Shown piece by piece: positions 61,251 through 64,000 of a stretch of DNA of 64,000 nucleotides (positions are counted from its first letter, which is position 1; the number at the start of each line of letters is the position of its first letter). Both the position numbers and the translations under genes were made by a program. Below the pieces are notes generated by a model. That model was given only the letters and a program-made list of their open reading frames with translations, was not told the DNA's origin and ran no database searches. Origin of the DNA: Octopus sinensis (taxonomy: Eukaryota); NCBI RefSeq assembly GCF_006345805.1, contig NC_042998.1, positions 143,778,001 through 143,842,000 on the forward strand, given 5' to 3'.

Positions 61251-63696
61251 ATAACTGAGTATGAGAAGATAGCAAGCAGCCTATGTTTAGATTAAAGAGG
61301 CTGGCTTCCAATGGTTGGCACACATTTTCATTGAACAGTACAATCATGGCATGTATAGTCTAGAAACTTTATGATAACACCTTGTGTAATATGTGGTAGA
61401 TCTCGTTCAATGAAGAAGATGCAGTTGTTTGATCAACTGAATTGATATGTATATGTTTGAATATTCCACACTCATGTGTGCTCTTAACATAATTCTCATA
61501 CAGAATCAATGTAGCACAGTTTGTGACAGTGCTGTACTCGTCATTCTTGTGTTTAGTTTCTGTCTACTCAGTTTCATTCACAAGCTTTGGGTTGACCTAA
61601 GGCTATACAAAATGGGAGCTTATGGTTGTGAAGCAAACATCTTAACCATTTGGTCATAATACAGCACTTATCCTAGGGACCATACAGTAGGAATCCACAG
61701 ATTGCAAAGCAAATTTTTTATCCCCATAATCCTACCTGTGTTTAGCATTGTATTTAAACTTACATATATCAGATAATAAAGGTTGAAAGTAAGTAACTTT
61801 TTACCAAAAATACATAACTTTTTTACCAAGAATAAAAAAAAAAACCCAATGCCTAATGCTTCTGAATAACTTGTGTTTATTTTTATTTGTTCTGGTCTGG
61901 TCAATGTAAAGTGATATGACATATGAATTTAGTAAACATTGCAATAAGATTTAGACATTTTCTTTAACATTTTTTTGATAGTTAATTGGCTTCTGTCATA
62001 TCCAAGTTGTGACTGCTGATGGCAAGTTGTTGGTTTCAGAAAATGCCTCATATTTATTGATGGTCCCTGAGAAAGCCAACTATTTTAGTTTGTTTTGAAA
62101 TTAGGTAATATAAAGAATGTTTATATCTAGAGCTCCTAATTTAAATTACAATTGTTTGTTTGACCAATTGAGGTTTCATTTTTTTTTCACTAATTATTAG
62201 GATTTTTTTTTTTTTTGTGTGATTTGATATTCTTTATAATGTTGACCCACTGCTTTTGTACTTATCTTTCAACCAGTTAACCTTATTGAGCAATCTGCAT
62301 CATGTTTTTATATGTCAATGAGATTTTCATGGTAGAAATAAAGGCTAATTGTTAGTAAGAGAGCTATGTTAGCAGGTTTCTTTTTTTTTGGGGGGGGGGG
62401 GTGCATGTGTGTGTAGCTATTCAGCTTTGGTTTGCTTCAAAGTTAAGCAGTCTGTATATTTTAATGGGTTAGAAAAACAAAATTTGCTAATATTTTGACA
62501 CACACACATATAGATATTTTGCTTTCTATTCTCATCTGGTCTTACTAAACACTGGACATATTATATAAAATACTGAGATTTTTCTGTTCATGTTTGGATA
62601 TTTCAAATTATGTCATGCAAAGACGAATTTTGGGGATGGGTATGTGTAAGCATGCTCGAAATTTGGTTGTGTTGTCAGTACCTAATGATTTGATGGTGTG
62701 ACTAAGTTTTCTGTTTATGGAAATAAAACTTAGCTTTATAATAATAATCCTTTCAGCTGAATGCTCAAGGCTTGAAATTTGGGGGTAGAGTACTAGTCAA
62801 TTACATCAACTCCAGTGTTTCACTGGTACTTAATTTACCAACCCTGAAAGGATGAAAGGCAACATCAACCTCAGCGGAATTTGAATTCAGAATGTCAAGA
62901 CAGACAAAATACTGCTAAACAACTCTGCCAGTGTTAAGGGTTTTTTTTTTTTTAAGCTGAAGTAGTGCTGTGGATCATAATTTGTTATGAAGTGATTCAG
63001 ATACAAATCTTGTTTCAACAACAGTAGCTAACTAATGTTTCGAATGTACCTTAAAGCTTGGCTTTTCAGTAAAACTATTTTAAAAAAATATTTTTTTAGA
63101 AAAATCAATTCTGTTGGTATGATTCTATCTTCTGTAGGTGATTGATGATGTAACAAATATATTCCTCATTTTAATAATATAAGGCTGGTGGCTATGTGAA
63201 TAGATCTGAATATTTATTTACTGGAATGTTTTAAAAAGCAAGTTAATGGCTCAGAGCAAATCTAATTTTATTTTCATTCAACAACTGGAATTTCAAAGTA
63301 GATTTAGGTAAACTCTGAATGCTATATTTATTCCAAGTGATTATTAGTGTGTAGCCATCTGTTCTGAAACAATAGTTTTGTACTAAGATTCACTAATGTT
63401 GCTAACCTTGAAGATATATTACCTTGCGTTTTCCCAATTGCTTTCATTGAAGCTGGTATGCAGTTCTTAATCTTTAAATTTCTCTTTTATCTATAGTGCT
63501 ACTGATTTTATTGCAAGATATCGAAGATTTGTTGGGTTTTTTTTTTTTTATGCAGCTGCAGCATTATTTTATACAACAAAGGAAAGAAGTTAAGAAATTC
63601 TAAGTTCTCTGATAGTATATCCAGATATTATTCAAAGAAAACCAATTTTATTTCTCAATTAGTTTTTGAAATTTTTTTCTTTGTCCCTCCCTCCCT

Positions 63697-63730
<34 letters not shown>

Positions 63731-64000
63731 ATGAATTACAAAATCACATGAGATTGCAAAAACTTCAAAATTCTTTTTAACTTTATTGCATTTTACTTCC
63801 TCTCTAGTTTTTTTCCTGTCTGAAGAATATATGGTTTCATTTTACAGAACTTTGGTTAGATTTTCCTATATATTAGATTTACCTAACCATGGGTTTTTTT
63901 TTTTTTTTTTTTGAACCAAAGAACTCTTATCTGTTAACTGAAGCAGACACGTTCAAGAATGTTGCCTTCCAAAACATCTATTTCCAAACTGCAGTCTTGT

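Overview
AT-rich, microsatellite-dense eukaryotic genomic DNA whose repeat families look octopus-like (species is my inference). No intact protein-coding gene is recognisable, and nearly all listed ORFs are (TA)n/(TG)n artefacts. The window is a mosaic of tRNA-derived SINEs, decayed LINEs (RTE, L1/Tx1, CR1/L2), a Penelope-like RT fragment, Tc1/mariner (maT and mariner) and hAT remnants, piggyBac-, hAT- and mariner-type MITEs, and two short Helitrons. A 7-kb TE-poor, CpG-retaining zone (about 24.5-31.5 kb) looks like a promoter region. To its right is a CpG-depleted domain with candidate plus-strand (micro)exons. The main signal is a high density of hammerhead-ribozyme motifs in Penelope-type terminal repeats. 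One family has its three hammerhead segments in the non-circular order C-B-A (cleavage strand, then GAAA, then CUGANGA), with compensatory stem I changes between subfamilies. Another family has a fixed A6-to-U core change. All ribozyme calls are hand-folded, none is tested, and coordinates of decayed repeats are approximate.
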